Shown in pieces: positions 11,110 through 20,967 of a stretch of 64,000 bases of DNA. The position numbers and the translations under genes were made by a program. The stretch is from Methanobacteriota archaeon (GTDB taxonomy: Archaea > Halobacteriota > Bog-38 > Methanoflorentales > Methanoflorentaceae). The first letter of the stretch is position 1, and each line of letters opens with the position of its first letter. The stretch covers positions 2,048,001 to 2,112,000 of the forward strand of contig OY970393.1 in NCBI GenBank assembly GCA_963720465.1. The letters run 5' to 3'. The notes beneath the pieces are model-generated. The model made no database searches. It had not been told where the DNA came from and saw only the letters and a program-made list of their open reading frames with translations.

Positions 11110-12791
11110 CGCGCATCCACGTGCCGCACAGCGACAGCGGCACCTCTTTTTGACGCTTGCATCTCCCAACCGCTCATAAGGGCTCTTCCGACTGCAATGA
11201 CGCGCTCGTTGAGCACGATCACTTCGTCGAAGGGCCGTATTCCAGGATCGGCTTTCAGCACGCCAATCGCAAAAACCGTTCCTTTCGGTACAAAGTCATC
11301 GATGTTTACGCAATATCGATTTTCGCTTGCGCGGAGATACCGTCGGGCGCCTTCGATTGTCAGGGCAAGAGTGCAGTAGGTACCTACGATGGTCGCTATG
11401 CGCGTTCCGCCGTCTGAGGCGTAGTAAGTCGGGAAAAGACCGCGGACCTTCGTCCTCTCTGCAAAAATAGCCGTCGAAGCGTGCGGGCCAAATTCATAAT
11501 CGGCGAGATCCTGTAGGTAATCAAACCGCAAATCGCGCTGCTTAGGTGAATCTTCGACTATAAGCTCCTGCGCGACCGCGCATAAGCGTTGGAGGGAAGC
11601 GGAACCCAGGATATTTTCGTCCTCGACAGTATGGGTTAGATCAACTCCGAGCGCAGCCGCCGCTTCGTCGCATACCTTTCGGTAGGGGCCACTCACGTGT
11701 GTTACCACTGTGTCGAAGGCGTTGGCCTCGAGATACTTCGTGAGACGTCCGATCACCCACTCACTCTCGTCGCACGTCCATTTGCCGGTAACCGGTATAT
11801 CGTAGTTGCTGGCAGGGTACATGATCTCGAGGCTGCGGGGAACGATGCCGATAGGCGACGTTATTATCGCCTCGTGCAGAAACTGGCGCAGTTTGCCCAA
11901 GCGATTAAGAATAATCCTGTGAGATCGTGACCGCGAGTATGGTTTGCGCGCCGAGCAGGGAAGTAGCAGGAGGATTCCATCTCTCTTATTAAGCCGCTCG
12001 ATGACGCGTTCGCCGAATCGGAGTATTTCTGGCCGATTCAGCGATTCTTGTGAACACGCGAGTAGCGTGGCCGTCCGTACGATAGGTGACCGGCGCTCAA
12101 AGTAACTATGCTCTTCATCGAGCAACCGTAGCAGCGCTGTTAGCATCGGGGCAGTTCTGCATCGTCCCTCGACGAGCTCTCGCAGAGTCCCGCGCTCGAT
12201 GTTTTCGCGCACGATACAGAGTTCAGCTTTGAGGGCGTGTCTGTTGTGCGCAGATAGTACTGTCACCCGCTGCTCTGGAGTCAGGTCCGCTACGTTGACG
12301 CCTCTGCAGGCGTCGCACAAACAATAAGAACGAGAAATCGCGTCAAACTGGCGTTCGCCTTCAGCAAAGAGGAGGTACCCCTCGCGCGCCTTGACTTCCG
12401 CCATAATTGGGTCGACGAGATCCACCCCCGCATAGACGAGCAAACTCACGTTGCCCGGGGTCGCCAACGCCGGGACATAAAGCGCTGAATCAGGATTTGT
12501 TGATTCTCTAACTCCTGTCAGCGCTTTGGTCAGGCCGCGCGGATCATCGCTAAATCTCGCAGCGCCACCAAGAATGACAACATCGGCATCAATTCGCTCT
12601 GCCCTATAATCTTCCTGATTTGTGATGACCGCCACGTCGAGCTCAGCGTTATGAATCGTCAATGCGTTGAGGAACTCAAGTTCCTCTTTGGAGTCAAAGC
12701 TAGAAGGGGTGGTAAGCTCTTCACCTCGCCACCTGAGCGTTCCGAGGCGGGCAGCTCCGTCCCGCCGTGTCACTTCAAACTGTCGCGGCAT
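11106..12791 (-). CDS. arcS: Archaeosine synthase subunit ArcS (TgtA2)
   Basis: Degenerate TGT N-terminal domain, LLLPCSARKPYSRSRSH, TSPIGIVPR, YDIPVTGKW, C-terminal PUA domain. Confidence 0.93.
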   Translation of the reverse strand: MPRQFEVTRRDGAARLGTLRWRGEELTTPSSFDSKEELEFLNALTIHNAELDVAVITNQEDYRAERIDADVVILGGAARFSDDPRGLTKALTGVRESTNPDSALYVPALATPGNVSLLVYAGVDLVDPIMAEVKAREGYLLFAEGERQFDAISRSYCLCDACRGVNVADLTPEQRVTVLSAHNRHALKAELCIVRENIERGTLRELVEGRCRTAPMLTALLRLLDEEHSYFERRSPIVRTATLLACSQESLNRPEILRFGERVIERLNKRDGILLLLPCSARKPYSRSRSHRIILNRLGKLRQFLHEAIITSPIGIVPRSLEIMYPASNYDIPVTGKWTCDESEWVIGRLTKYLEANAFDTVVTHVSGPYRKVCDEAAAALGVDLTHTVEDENILGSASLQRLCAVAQELIVEDSPKQRDLRFDYLQDLADYEFGPHASTAIFAERTKVRGLFPTYYASDGGTRIATIVGTYCTLALTIEGARRYLRASENRYCVNIDDFVPKGTVFAIGVLKADPGIRPFDEVIVLNERVIAVGRALMSGWEMQASKRGAAVAVRHVDAR

Positions 12792-12797
12792 GTCCTC

Positions 12798-14234
12798 TCA
12801 TAAGCGTAAGAGCGTTGCAAAGGAGCTTAATTCGGCGAGTGCGTCGCGATCCCATTCCTCATCATAGGCGAAGGTCACTTCGACATTTTTGGATTTGATA
12901 AACTCGATCAGGTTTCTCATGGCGGATTTGATTGAGGCATAGTCTGGATCTGGAACTTCAGATTGTCCAATAGGATACGTTTCGGCTAGTTCTGGTGGAT
13001 AGGGACCAAAAGGCGCTTTCATGAGCAGGGTCGTATCGAACTCGTGTTCCATAGTCCGCGTCTTCTGCCTGTTGGTCGTGATGAGCATTCGGCCGGTCAG
13101 GTCAAGTCTGCTGAGCTTTTTCACGTAGCGCGCAACTTCTGGCCGCGCGGCAGATTCTGTGCTAGTATAAATGAAAGACCGCTTCAAAGGTTCGATAGCT
13201 TCGAAGGAGGCAACGCCCTCTTGGATCGTTCGAAGGGCTTGTAGTAGCGCTGGATGTCGGCACCGCCTCTCCACGAGCTCCCAGAGTTGTCCGTCGAGTA
13301 TCGCTTGTTTGATGGTGTTGAGCTCACTAAATGAAACCCAAAGATTGTGTTCGGCAAGTTCCCGTTCCGTCAGCTTCCTATCTCCAGACGAGCAGACCGG
13401 ACACGCGCACGGCAGGTAAGCCAAATCTTTGAGCTTGTGAGTGCCACTCGGCGTCAGATAACGCCCATCTCTCGCGTAAAGCGCATAAGCTGCTGAGTCG
13501 AACAGGTCACAGCCTAACGCCACGGCGAGGGCGAACATCATGGGATGCCCTGCTCCAAACAGGTGAACAGGCTTATTCAACGCCAGTCCTGTCTTGCACG
13601 CCATAATGACGTTGCTCAGATCAGCATACCGATAGGATTCCATGAGCGGAACGACGGCACCAATAGGGTAGACGTCGGCGCTGAGCTTGCTGAGCAGCCC
13701 CGCATACCGTTCCCGCAAATCGAGGTGGGTCGAGCCTTGGATGGGCGCTGCTAAGAGCATGTCGGCGCCGCAGCACCTTGTTGCCTCTTCAATGCGTTCG
13801 AGCGTCACGTCAAGCTCCCTGAGCGCACGGTGATGTGAAACGTCTGGGGGCGTCGGGATATCAATTGGAGTTCCGATGTCCGACCCTGCATCGCGCTGGA
13901 AAGCCACTATCTCTTCTGAATGGATCTCTATGTCACCATACGTGGCGAGTTGAAACGATCCCGAATCAGTCATTATCGGCCCGTCAAATCGGAGCAAACT
14001 GTGAATCCCCGCGGAGAGCGCCGCCTCCCGCAAACGGGGACTCCGGTAAATGATATATGCGTTGGTCATGAGCGCTTCCGCTCCGAACTGGCGCATCTCG
14101 CTCGGCGCGATGAGCATTATGTTGAGATTTACAACCGGGAGTAAAGCTGGAGTTTCGATGTGGCCGTGTGGCGTATCAAGCTTGCCAATGCGCCCGAATA
14201 CGTCCTTGTGTGTGATTTCAAATCGATCAGGCAT
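12798..14234 (-). CDS. tgtA: tRNA-guanine(15) transglycosylase
   Basis: MTDSGSFQL, IGAVVPLMESY, HLFGAGHP, GCDLFDSAAY, CACPVC zinc site. Confidence 0.96.
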   Translation of the reverse strand: MPDRFEITHKDVFGRIGKLDTPHGHIETPALLPVVNLNIMLIAPSEMRQFGAEALMTNAYIIYRSPRLREAALSAGIHSLLRFDGPIMTDSGSFQLATYGDIEIHSEEIVAFQRDAGSDIGTPIDIPTPPDVSHHRALRELDVTLERIEEATRCCGADMLLAAPIQGSTHLDLRERYAGLLSKLSADVYPIGAVVPLMESYRYADLSNVIMACKTGLALNKPVHLFGAGHPMMFALAVALGCDLFDSAAYALYARDGRYLTPSGTHKLKDLAYLPCACPVCSSGDRKLTERELAEHNLWVSFSELNTIKQAILDGQLWELVERRCRHPALLQALRTIQEGVASFEAIEPLKRSFIYTSTESAARPEVARYVKKLSRLDLTGRMLITTNRQKTRTMEHEFDTTLLMKAPFGPYPPELAETYPIGQSEVPDPDYASIKSAMRNLIEFIKSKNVEVTFAYDEEWDRDALAELSSFATLLRL

Positions 14235-14805
14235 CGCCACCTCGTGGCATGACGATGATCTCCCTGATCCGGGCATCAAAAAAGTTGTTCATGTGCGCAG
14301 GACGTATCACTACCGCCGTATCGGAACCGCTGCCTGTGCCGCCTACGGCGACAACGTCGGCGATAGGTATAGCCCCGGCATCAGCTGCCATAATAGCTAT
14401 CTCCACGCACACTTTGAGCCCGTGTCCAAGTAGTGAACGAAGGGCTTCTGCGATAGTCTCGACGCGCGAAACGCCGCCGAACTTCCTGGAAATACTCCTT
14501 TCGATTCCCGAAAGCACGTGTGATTGGGTCAGCACCGTGATTCCCTGCAGCTCGAGCATTTTCCGTTTTTCGGCGTCAAAACGCTGCGTGCCCTCTTGAC
14601 TGAAGCCCGTATGGTGTGTGACAACGACCAGTGCTGCTTTGTTTTCAAGCGCTTTTGCAAATTTAGTCGCGGTGGAGCCCGTCGTCCTAGCTACAACAAC
14701 TCGCTCGAGGCCGCTCCGGGTGATGTAGGCCGTGACGGCGTCGATGACATCTTCCGTGTTTTGAGGGCCGGGCCTCTCTAGATAAATGATTTGTTCTTTT
14801 CGCAT
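14227..14805 (-). CDS. MTH1675-like pyruvate kinase alpha/beta-domain protein
   Basis: PGPQNT, VVVTHHTGF, GLKVCVEIAIMAADAG, GGTGSGSDTA. Confidence 0.85.
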   Translation of the reverse strand: MRKEQIIYLERPGPQNTEDVIDAVTAYITRSGLERVVVARTTGSTATKFAKALENKAALVVVTHHTGFSQEGTQRFDAEKRKMLELQGITVLTQSHVLSGIERSISRKFGGVSRVETIAEALRSLLGHGLKVCVEIAIMAADAGAIPIADVVAVGGTGSGSDTAVVIRPAHMNNFFDARIREIIVMPRGGDA

Positions 14806-14845
14806 GGCGCACCTCTCTCTTGAGCCCACAAAGAGAAGCTCAGCA

Positions 14846-15415
14846 TTAGGATCCGCGCGTCTTCACCACGTCTTTAAGGATTCCGAGAGTCTCTCTCGAG
14901 AACATCTCGGCAATATCTCTTCCGATCGAAAGGCTTTCGTCTGGTTCGATGCCAAACGACGTTAGGCTTGTGATAGCGACACCTTTGGGCGTCCCGCTCG
15001 TTGTTACGTTAATCCCAAGATGCATCTTCTCGCTGGTTATGCTTGCCGTCGCGATGCTCACTGTGAGCTTCTCGTCTGCAATGTAAAGATCATCACCAGA
15101 TCTCGTAGTCTCAATACCGTACATGTTTAGCACGGCTTGCGCGGAAATAACGAGTAATCGCTGTAACAGGTAGGATATGAACATGTTTCCAGGACTGTCA
15201 AAGCGTTCAACGATGAGGTGGAGGACATCGTCGCCGGTTATTCTATTTTTTCCGCGAATATCTTCGCAGTCTTTCATGCGTTCTTCCGAGACGTCCATGC
15301 CACCCCGAAAAACGACAATGCAATCGCCGAGTGCACCATAGTTTTTGTAACCCCACAAAGGTTCTATTTGCGATCCATCGTAAAACACGGGTTCTTCTAT
15401 GACCTCAACGAGCAT
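14846..15415 (-). CDS. DUF366 family protein
   Basis: YDGSQIEPLW, LHLIVERFD, LQRLL, RSGDDLY, KLTVSIAT, HLGINV. Confidence 0.88.
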   Translation of the reverse strand: MLVEVIEEPVFYDGSQIEPLWGYKNYGALGDCIVVFRGGMDVSEERMKDCEDIRGKNRITGDDVLHLIVERFDSPGNMFISYLLQRLLVISAQAVLNMYGIETTRSGDDLYIADEKLTVSIATASITSEKMHLGINVTTSGTPKGVAITSLTSFGIEPDESLSIGRDIAEMFSRETLGILKDVVKTRGS

Positions 15416-15497
15416 ACCTCATAATCTTTTTCTGGACTTAAATAGTGATGGTTGCAAGGTTAACACATATTAAGACTTAGAAACAAACCTAGTTGTA

Positions 15498-16235
15498 GTG
15501 AAGATTATTGGCTTTTCGTCTCTAAAAGAGACGTTACTAGCATATCCTTCCATGCAACTGCTTTCGCTCTCAGGTAGTCTGTCGTTTGGAATCGGCAGGA
15601 GAACCTGCATCGGGAAGTGGAAGGCTGGTGAGTATCGTTCGTGCGATAGTGAAGAAGTCCCAGCATGCGGGAGTTGCCGTGAGTTTAATGCCTGCACAAT
15701 CTGCACCGGGACGTGCCTGAGAGACGAAAAAACGTGTCTAGAGGAGCACGCGGTATATATCGCTATGTTCAGACCCGACATTTTCAAGATCGGTGTTACG
15801 AAAGCAAGCCGCCTTAATGACCGGCTGCGAGAGCAAGGTGCAGATGTGGCTGCAGTAGCGGACTATGTCGTAGATGGCGAACTAGCGAGAAGACGCGAGC
15901 GTGAGCTGCAGAAGCGTTACGGGATCAAAGGGATAGTACGGCATTCTCAAAAAATGCTCGTTGATACTGAACTCGATTGGGCAGCTTGGGACGCGATGAA
16001 AGCTAAGATGGACATTGATGATGAAACTAAGCTCCGCTATTTTGATTTGCCGCTCTGGATGCGGCCCTTGCAGGTGAAGAATATGCTCTTGGGCAGCGTA
16101 ATTGGTGTAAAAGGGCGACTTGTCGTCTTAGAAAAAGACGCCACTCTTTACGGCTTTGACCTCAATGATATCTTAGGTGCAGAGGTGTTTCCGATTGGAA
16201 GCTCAAAGAGGCAGATATCGCTTCGCACATCCTGA
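15498..16235 (+). CDS. DUF2797-like Cys-rich protein
   Basis: RTCIG, CxxC pairs, HAVYIA, KIGVT, RLREQGA, GVKG. Confidence 0.75.
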   Translation: MKIIGFSSLKETLLAYPSMQLLSLSGSLSFGIGRRTCIGKWKAGEYRSCDSEEVPACGSCREFNACTICTGTCLRDEKTCLEEHAVYIAMFRPDIFKIGVTKASRLNDRLREQGADVAAVADYVVDGELARRRERELQKRYGIKGIVRHSQKMLVDTELDWAAWDAMKAKMDIDDETKLRYFDLPLWMRPLQVKNMLLGSVIGVKGRLVVLEKDATLYGFDLNDILGAEVFPIGSSKRQISLRTS

Positions 16236-16373
16236 GGATGCGGTCAATTCGGCCAAGCCACGCCACACGACGTTCAGGGCCGCTTGTTATATTCTGCCTT
16301 AGCTGCTTTTGCGATCACTCTGACGACCCAAGCGGATTCGAGGTAGCAAGAACAGCATACGCGCGATTCTGTC

Positions 16374-16934
16374 TCATTCTTGCTGGAAATCATCCAGTGA
16401 ATGCTGGAGCAAAGGGGAGGGGTACGTTATGTGGGCGCCATCAACCTTCGCAAAGGGGGTGAGCTCGTGGGTCGTAGAGCGAGACGCGTCCACAATATGC
16501 ACGACCTCCCACCCAAGCGTCAGAAGATAGTCAGCGATAATCCGGCGATGGCAACGCGTCCAAAGGATTTCAGCACACATTACGGCGGCGGTTTTTTTTG
16601 TGGCAAGAGAAGTAAGTTCAGCCAAGGCATCAGAAAAGGCGTCAGTTAGCGCGTAATCCGCGTAGTTCTTGAAACTTTTCACCCTCCACGCAGTGTTTGG
16701 CGAATCGTTCGACATCTGAGGTCTGAACCCCCCAAGTCCTTCTCCCATCCAGCAATATTGAATACTTGATCGCGGCAGCTCGTATTCAAGCACTTCCTTG
16801 TTGAAGTGAGGATTGGCGAGTGAGTGCGGATGGCTGCGCACGTCGATCACCGTTAAAACGGCATAATGCGACAAAATTGAAATGAATTCCTGCAGCGATC
16901 GATTCGAATGCCCCACGGAGTAGATCACCATCAT
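16374..16934 (-). CDS. DUF488 family protein
   Basis: YSVGHSNRS, DVRSHP, LGGFR, MCAEILWTRCHRRIIAD. Confidence 0.92.
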   Translation of the reverse strand: MMVIYSVGHSNRSLQEFISILSHYAVLTVIDVRSHPHSLANPHFNKEVLEYELPRSSIQYCWMGEGLGGFRPQMSNDSPNTAWRVKSFKNYADYALTDAFSDALAELTSLATKKTAAVMCAEILWTRCHRRIIADYLLTLGWEVVHIVDASRSTTHELTPFAKVDGAHITYPSPLLQHSLDDFQQE

Positions 16935-17198
16935 CGAGCTTCGCCTGTACTGCTAGTGTGCTAAATACTCTTTACATTTGCTCTTACGGCGCCAGCATTC
17001 ATTGACAGACGAACGGCAGGTCACGCACAAATCGGGCGCGCAAGCAGCCTGGTGGAGCGAGCAAATCTTATATCAGTGGCGCGCTCATCACTTGTTCAGG
17101 ACATAAACGGCTTCTAAACGCACGGAATAGTGTGAAAGCCTCTGTGCGTTGGCCGCGCGTATCCGTGAAGTCAGCAGATTGTAAAACGGGAGAAGTGT

Positions 17199-17423
17199 AT
17201 GAAGGTACCAGACACCGAAGGCAACAGGAAGAGCTGCATTTGTGATAAAGGGGATTGTCCGACGTACAACCAGAACGCGCTAACTGATACGCTTTTTTGC
17301 GCTATCGGCGCAAGTCCGAAGAATCCACGACGCGTTAAGTGTCCGTGTGACGTATGCCCCGTATGGGCAATGTTTGACCTCGGCGATGCCTACTACTGTA
17401 TAGAAGGGGCACCTAAAGAGTAA
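17199..17423 (+). CDS. DUF2769-like small Cys-rich protein
   Basis: CICxxxxCPTY, LFC, CPCDVCPV, YYC pattern. Confidence 0.75.
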   Translation: MKVPDTEGNRKSCICDKGDCPTYNQNALTDTLFCAIGASPKNPRRVKCPCDVCPVWAMFDLGDAYYCIEGAPKE

Positions 17424-17675
17424 CGAAGCTTTTAACGCCAAATGTCGCCGGATATTGCGCAGAGAGACCAGCGTAAGAAGCGCCTCTGACAAGACGTCTG
17501 GCGAAGATAGAAATCGACCACTTTCGTAGTGTCACCGTTGTGTTCTCTAAAAGGAGAGCCTCTTTCCGCAGTTCGGGCAGAAGTTGGCCACGTCGCAGTG
17601 AATTTTGTCGCGCGTGACAAAAAGGTTTCCTCGTTTGTAAAACCCAAAGCGCTAGGAATGTGCTCTTTTTGGTTG

Positions 17676-17713
17676 CACCAAAACCGCACCAAAACTACAC
17701 CAAAACTACACCA
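17676..17713. repeat. 11-bp tandem repeat (CACCAAAACYR x3 + CACCA) adjoining a ~70-bp AT-rich tract
   Basis: Read directly: caccaaaaccg caccaaaacta caccaaaacta cacca. Confidence 0.85.
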
Positions 17714-17774
17714 TTGAAACGTCCAATAAAATTATAGATTTATTTATATTTTAATTAATAAATAATAATTAAAT

Positions 17775-18200
17775 TCAGTTAATATTAAAATAACCCTTCT
17801 TTCTGAGGATTCCATAAATGTAATTCTCTGTTAACGGTTCTGTATAAGCGATAGCGATTAGATCTATTCCGTAGCTTTTACACAATTTCTTTTTGCATTT
17901 ATCCCTTTCTTGTAGATCTTGAAGTCCTCCGGGTCGTCCTCAGTGACTGAGTGGATAAAAATGCTGTTGTCCCCGATACTCAAAAGCAAGATTTAAAGAA
18001 GGAACAAATATGTCTCTAAACCTTCTCACCAATCAGGCCTGTTGTGTCTCAGTATTTCTTCTTCGCTACATATACGTTTAACAATTTGATGAAGAAGAGT
18101 CTCGCTAACCCATCCTTCCCCTACATCTCTAAAACCAAATTCCTGCCGAACGATATTTTCAATTTTCCTTAGAATTCCCACTCCTTTCTTCCGTACAAGT
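17775..18200 (-). pseudogene. Headless PD-(D/E)XK / DUF559-like endonuclease remnant
   Basis: Manual translation gives RKIENIVRQEFGFRDVGEGWVSETLL..RPDW*EGL / DIFVPSLNLAFEYRGQQHF..H*G..QERDKCKKKLC. It has two TGA stops and one frameshift. Confidence 0.75.
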
Positions 18201-18202
18201 CC

Positions 18203-18226
18203 CCCCTGACGGAAAATGAATCAAAC
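18203..18226 (-). repeat. Partial copy of the promoter/5'UTR module also found at 57941 and 58636
   Basis: ccccTGACGGAAAATGAATCAAA is shared with the two longer copies. Confidence 0.75.
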
Positions 18227-18527
18227 GGGTGAAAACAGCGGTGTGACAGCTTACGTGTTGTTGTTTAGCTGCGAAATGCGCATCATTTCTAACGCACTTG
18301 GGTGAACGATTAGCCGCTGTCGTGACTCTTTTGTCTGTCGCTTTTCCTAGGAGCACGCCGTCGTCGATATAGTAATGTAGCGAAGTGTACGGCTCGGGAA
18401 GAAGGTTATGATAGCAGGCACGCTCATGATTATTCATACGTCCAGCTATATTCGTGCTGCTGGAGTAATCGCACCTGTATCCTTCTGATGATCCGTCGCA
18501 CCTGCTGCCGTGCGCGCGGTGCTGGTG

Positions 18528-18779
18528 CTATCTTTTCGGCTTTGTAGCGACAAGCGCCACGAGAGCAAGCAGTGACGCAATAATGGTCACAAGTTCCGCG
18601 TAGGCGATATCCACTGCGCCGCCCATCACATCACTCGCCGTTAAGATGATGACCCCCACGATATACACACCGATAAAGAGGGGCTGCACGTTTCTGTTGC
18701 CGCGCACTATGTAAACGAGTTGAATTATCCACCCAACAGCGATAAGGCCGAATCCGACAAGCATTAAGGAACTAACCAC
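18528..18779 (-). CDS. Small three-TM membrane protein
   Basis: Three hydrophobic segments and a TTTATA-like box upstream. Confidence 0.65.
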   Translation of the reverse strand: MVSSLMLVGFGLIAVGWIIQLVYIVRGNRNVQPLFIGVYIVGVIILTASDVMGGAVDIAYAELVTIIASLLALVALVATKPKR

Positions 18780-18947
18780 GCACAAGCATAGGGGATAAAC
18801 GACTTTATAAGTTCCTCTTTTTCTTAACTACAAACGCTTGCTTATTCGGGCAATCTTAACGCTCAACGTGTGCATTTTGGTTGTCGTACTGGTAGCAAAG
18901 GGGTCGCAATTAACATCTGGATGTGCCGAGCAAGGAAACTCACGACT

Positions 18948-19314
18948 TTAAGCGTCGCCTTCGGTGAGATACACACCTTCGTAGATTTCAAGCACCGAAA
19001 TCGCAAGCTTCTCTGCGTCGCGTTTGCACGTCACCTGCTGCAACACTTCAAGGATCTGGCGGAGAGGTGGCTCTGCCGCATTTTTCCGCGTTTCGGCGCC
19101 CACGCGGCCCTGCTAGAATCGCAGTGACGAACGCAGCGAGGGTCTGCGCAAGTTGTTCTTTTAACTCAACGGCAAACGTTCGTAAATACGATCCTTCGAG
19201 CCGTTCGGCTCTGCCGAGACAGTAACTACACGCCGCCCCGTATATTACCACGTGCCTGAGCTGTGCCTCTCGCCGCGCTCTTTCGACTTTTTCTATTAGC
19301 TCTTCAAGTGGCAC
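18948..19314 (-). pseudogene. Frameshifted hypothetical gene, paralog of the ORF at the right window edge
   Basis: ORF 19314 continues after a frameshift as RQILEVLQQVTCKRDAEKLAISVLEIYEG. DNA at 18983-19070 is closely similar to 63914-64000. Confidence 0.65.
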
Positions 19315-19391
19315 GGTACGTAAGTAAGCGGCAAAGGGGTTGTAGAGCGCTTGCTGGTTCGTTTACGCAAATGAAAAAATGATCAATCAGT

Positions 19392-19634
19392 CTATCTCTT
19401 CTTTTCGCCCGTCCCGCATAAATAGTCGGCAAGCTGACTGAGCCACTGGTGGGCCACACGTGGTGTTTCTGGATCGTTCTGTCTGCGCGCAATCTCTTCA
19501 CATCTACTATTTGTCTCTTCTTCAGTTGGCAGGCATCCCTCATCAAAATCGGAGTAATCTGTTAATGCATAGCTAATCGCCTTGCTGTAGGGGTGTAGCT
19601 CAATGACCTTAAACGCGATATCCCAGAAGGGCAC
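19392..19634 (-). CDS. Hypothetical protein
   Basis: 80-aa ORF only. Confidence 0.35.
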   Translation of the reverse strand: MPFWDIAFKVIELHPYSKAISYALTDYSDFDEGCLPTEEETNSRCEEIARRQNDPETPRVAHQWLSQLADYLCGTGEKKR

Positions 19635-19668
19635 TTAGATGCTAGTAGCAGCCCTCATCGCGCGCTCT

Positions 19669-20215
19669 TTACTTGTTAGGGTGTTTCAGTCCCCACGGGA
19701 CCCAGATTGCGGTCTCTAATATTGCTACAACCGCAAGAGAGATGACGAACGTCCCGATGTTTTGCCAGATGCTAAAATCACTGGCATAGAAAAACAACCA
19801 GAGTCCCACGAACAGCAGCCATGCAAATGCGGTAGCGATGCTAGCAAACAGCAACAGCGAGGGTGGTGGGGCTTCCTGACCCTGCATTTTGGGTCTTTCT
19901 CTTGTTCTAGAAGCTCTTGCGCTGCCTCCGCCGCCAGCCCCAAGGACAATAAGGCCGATAACGTATCCGAGGTTATACCAAAATCCATTATTGTTGACCT
20001 GGTAAAGCACGATATTGTTGTCAAACCAACTGGCTATGAATGATAAGAAAACAATAAGACCTTGCCATAGACCAAGCCAAAAACCCGCTGGCGCCCCTGA
20101 CAGATTTCGGGTCGGTATCCCAACATGGTATACTATTATGTAGATTGCGACGGCTACTATGGCCAGCCCTATCAGGACAAAAAGTGGAATAAACTTCTTC
20201 GATTTTTTCGTCCAT
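19669..20215 (-). pseudogene. Membrane protein with a +1 frameshift in an A6 run just after the start codon
   Basis: ATG at 20215 with an RBS. The long frame (SKKFIPLFVLIG...PAGFWLGLWQG...LYQVNNNGFWYNLGY...WVPWGLKHPNK*) is offset by one base. Confidence 0.7.
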
Positions 20216-20415
20216 AATCCCTCTTTTTAGCGTTCAATGCTGCTATTGCGCGTTAAGCGTTTGCCCTTTTATCGTGAATTTCACCCTTGACGACGGTGAA
20301 CCCGCAATTTTGAAAGTATTTGCGCTATCAACTCCAGAACGGGGCTTAGAATATGCTCTTAAACTAAGAGCTAAGGCGATACCAAAATGAATATGCAAAG
20401 TCGCTCGCTTCGCGC

Positions 20416-20670
20416 TCATGATTGTTCATATGCCCAGCCGTATTCGCAGCTTTGAAGCAATTGCACTTGTATCCTTTTGATAATTCGGTGCAACTGCTGA
20501 CGTGCACTGTCGGGTAACCAGCCATCGTGAACGCGGTCTTGCAGGTACTGACAAGCTTCCCAACTGGTCGAGCACTTCCCCAAAAGTTTTTCAGCAGCTG
20601 TATCGGCATAGTCGTTTTTGTAGTCCGCGATTTCAAGGATGAGTTCATCGACCTCAACGAAATCGTTCAT
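20416..20670 (-). CDS. Hypothetical protein
   Basis: 84-aa ORF with an ATG start and plausible composition. Confidence 0.45.
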   Translation of the reverse strand: MNDFVEVDELILEIADYKNDYADTAAEKLLGKCSTSWEACQYLQDRVHDGWLPDSARQQLHRIIKRIQVQLLQSCEYGWAYEQS

Positions 20671-20750
20671 GGGGCAAAATGTGGATCGTATCTGGGTAAT
20701 TGTTAGCTAAAAGTAGAGTGAAAGTGTGGTAGTGTTATAACAAGATGCAA

Positions 20751-20840
20751 CTAAGGCGGTTGACCGCCCCACTTACTTCTTATAAGGGGGGATATTTGGC
20801 CAAGCATCGACCCATGCAATGGGGGCGGTCACAGCCTTAG
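20751..20840. repeat. Near-perfect 19-20 bp inverted repeat enclosing 51 nt
   Basis: CTAAGGCggtTGACCGCCCC ... GGGGCGGTCAcaGCCTTAG. Confidence 0.75.
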
Positions 20841-20967
20841 AACTACTAAACCGAGGCATCCTATAGGTATAGCTAAAACCTATCTGAAGTTTTATTACAA
20901 ATTTCGTACGTTACGGCGGGTTGTAGAAAAAAAAGTGGGGGAGTGACGCAACTCCCTTAACCAAATC

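Noticed and set aside
186-15787. Many antisense and alternate-frame ORFs of 60-200 aa over housekeeping genes
   Set aside because: They are shadow ORFs of well-supported genes and have no recognisable motifs.
17713-17731. ATTGAAAC-GTCCAATAAAA resembling pieces of the CRISPR repeat (ATTGAAAC also near 40033 and 56242)
   Set aside because: The pieces are in the wrong order, have no partner repeat at spacer distance, and mostly lie in AT-rich DNA where such matches are expected by chance.
17775-18060. In-frame TGA codons as selenocysteine or Trp recoding
   Set aside because: The same remnant also has a frameshift and no start, and TGA is a normal stop in many genes here.
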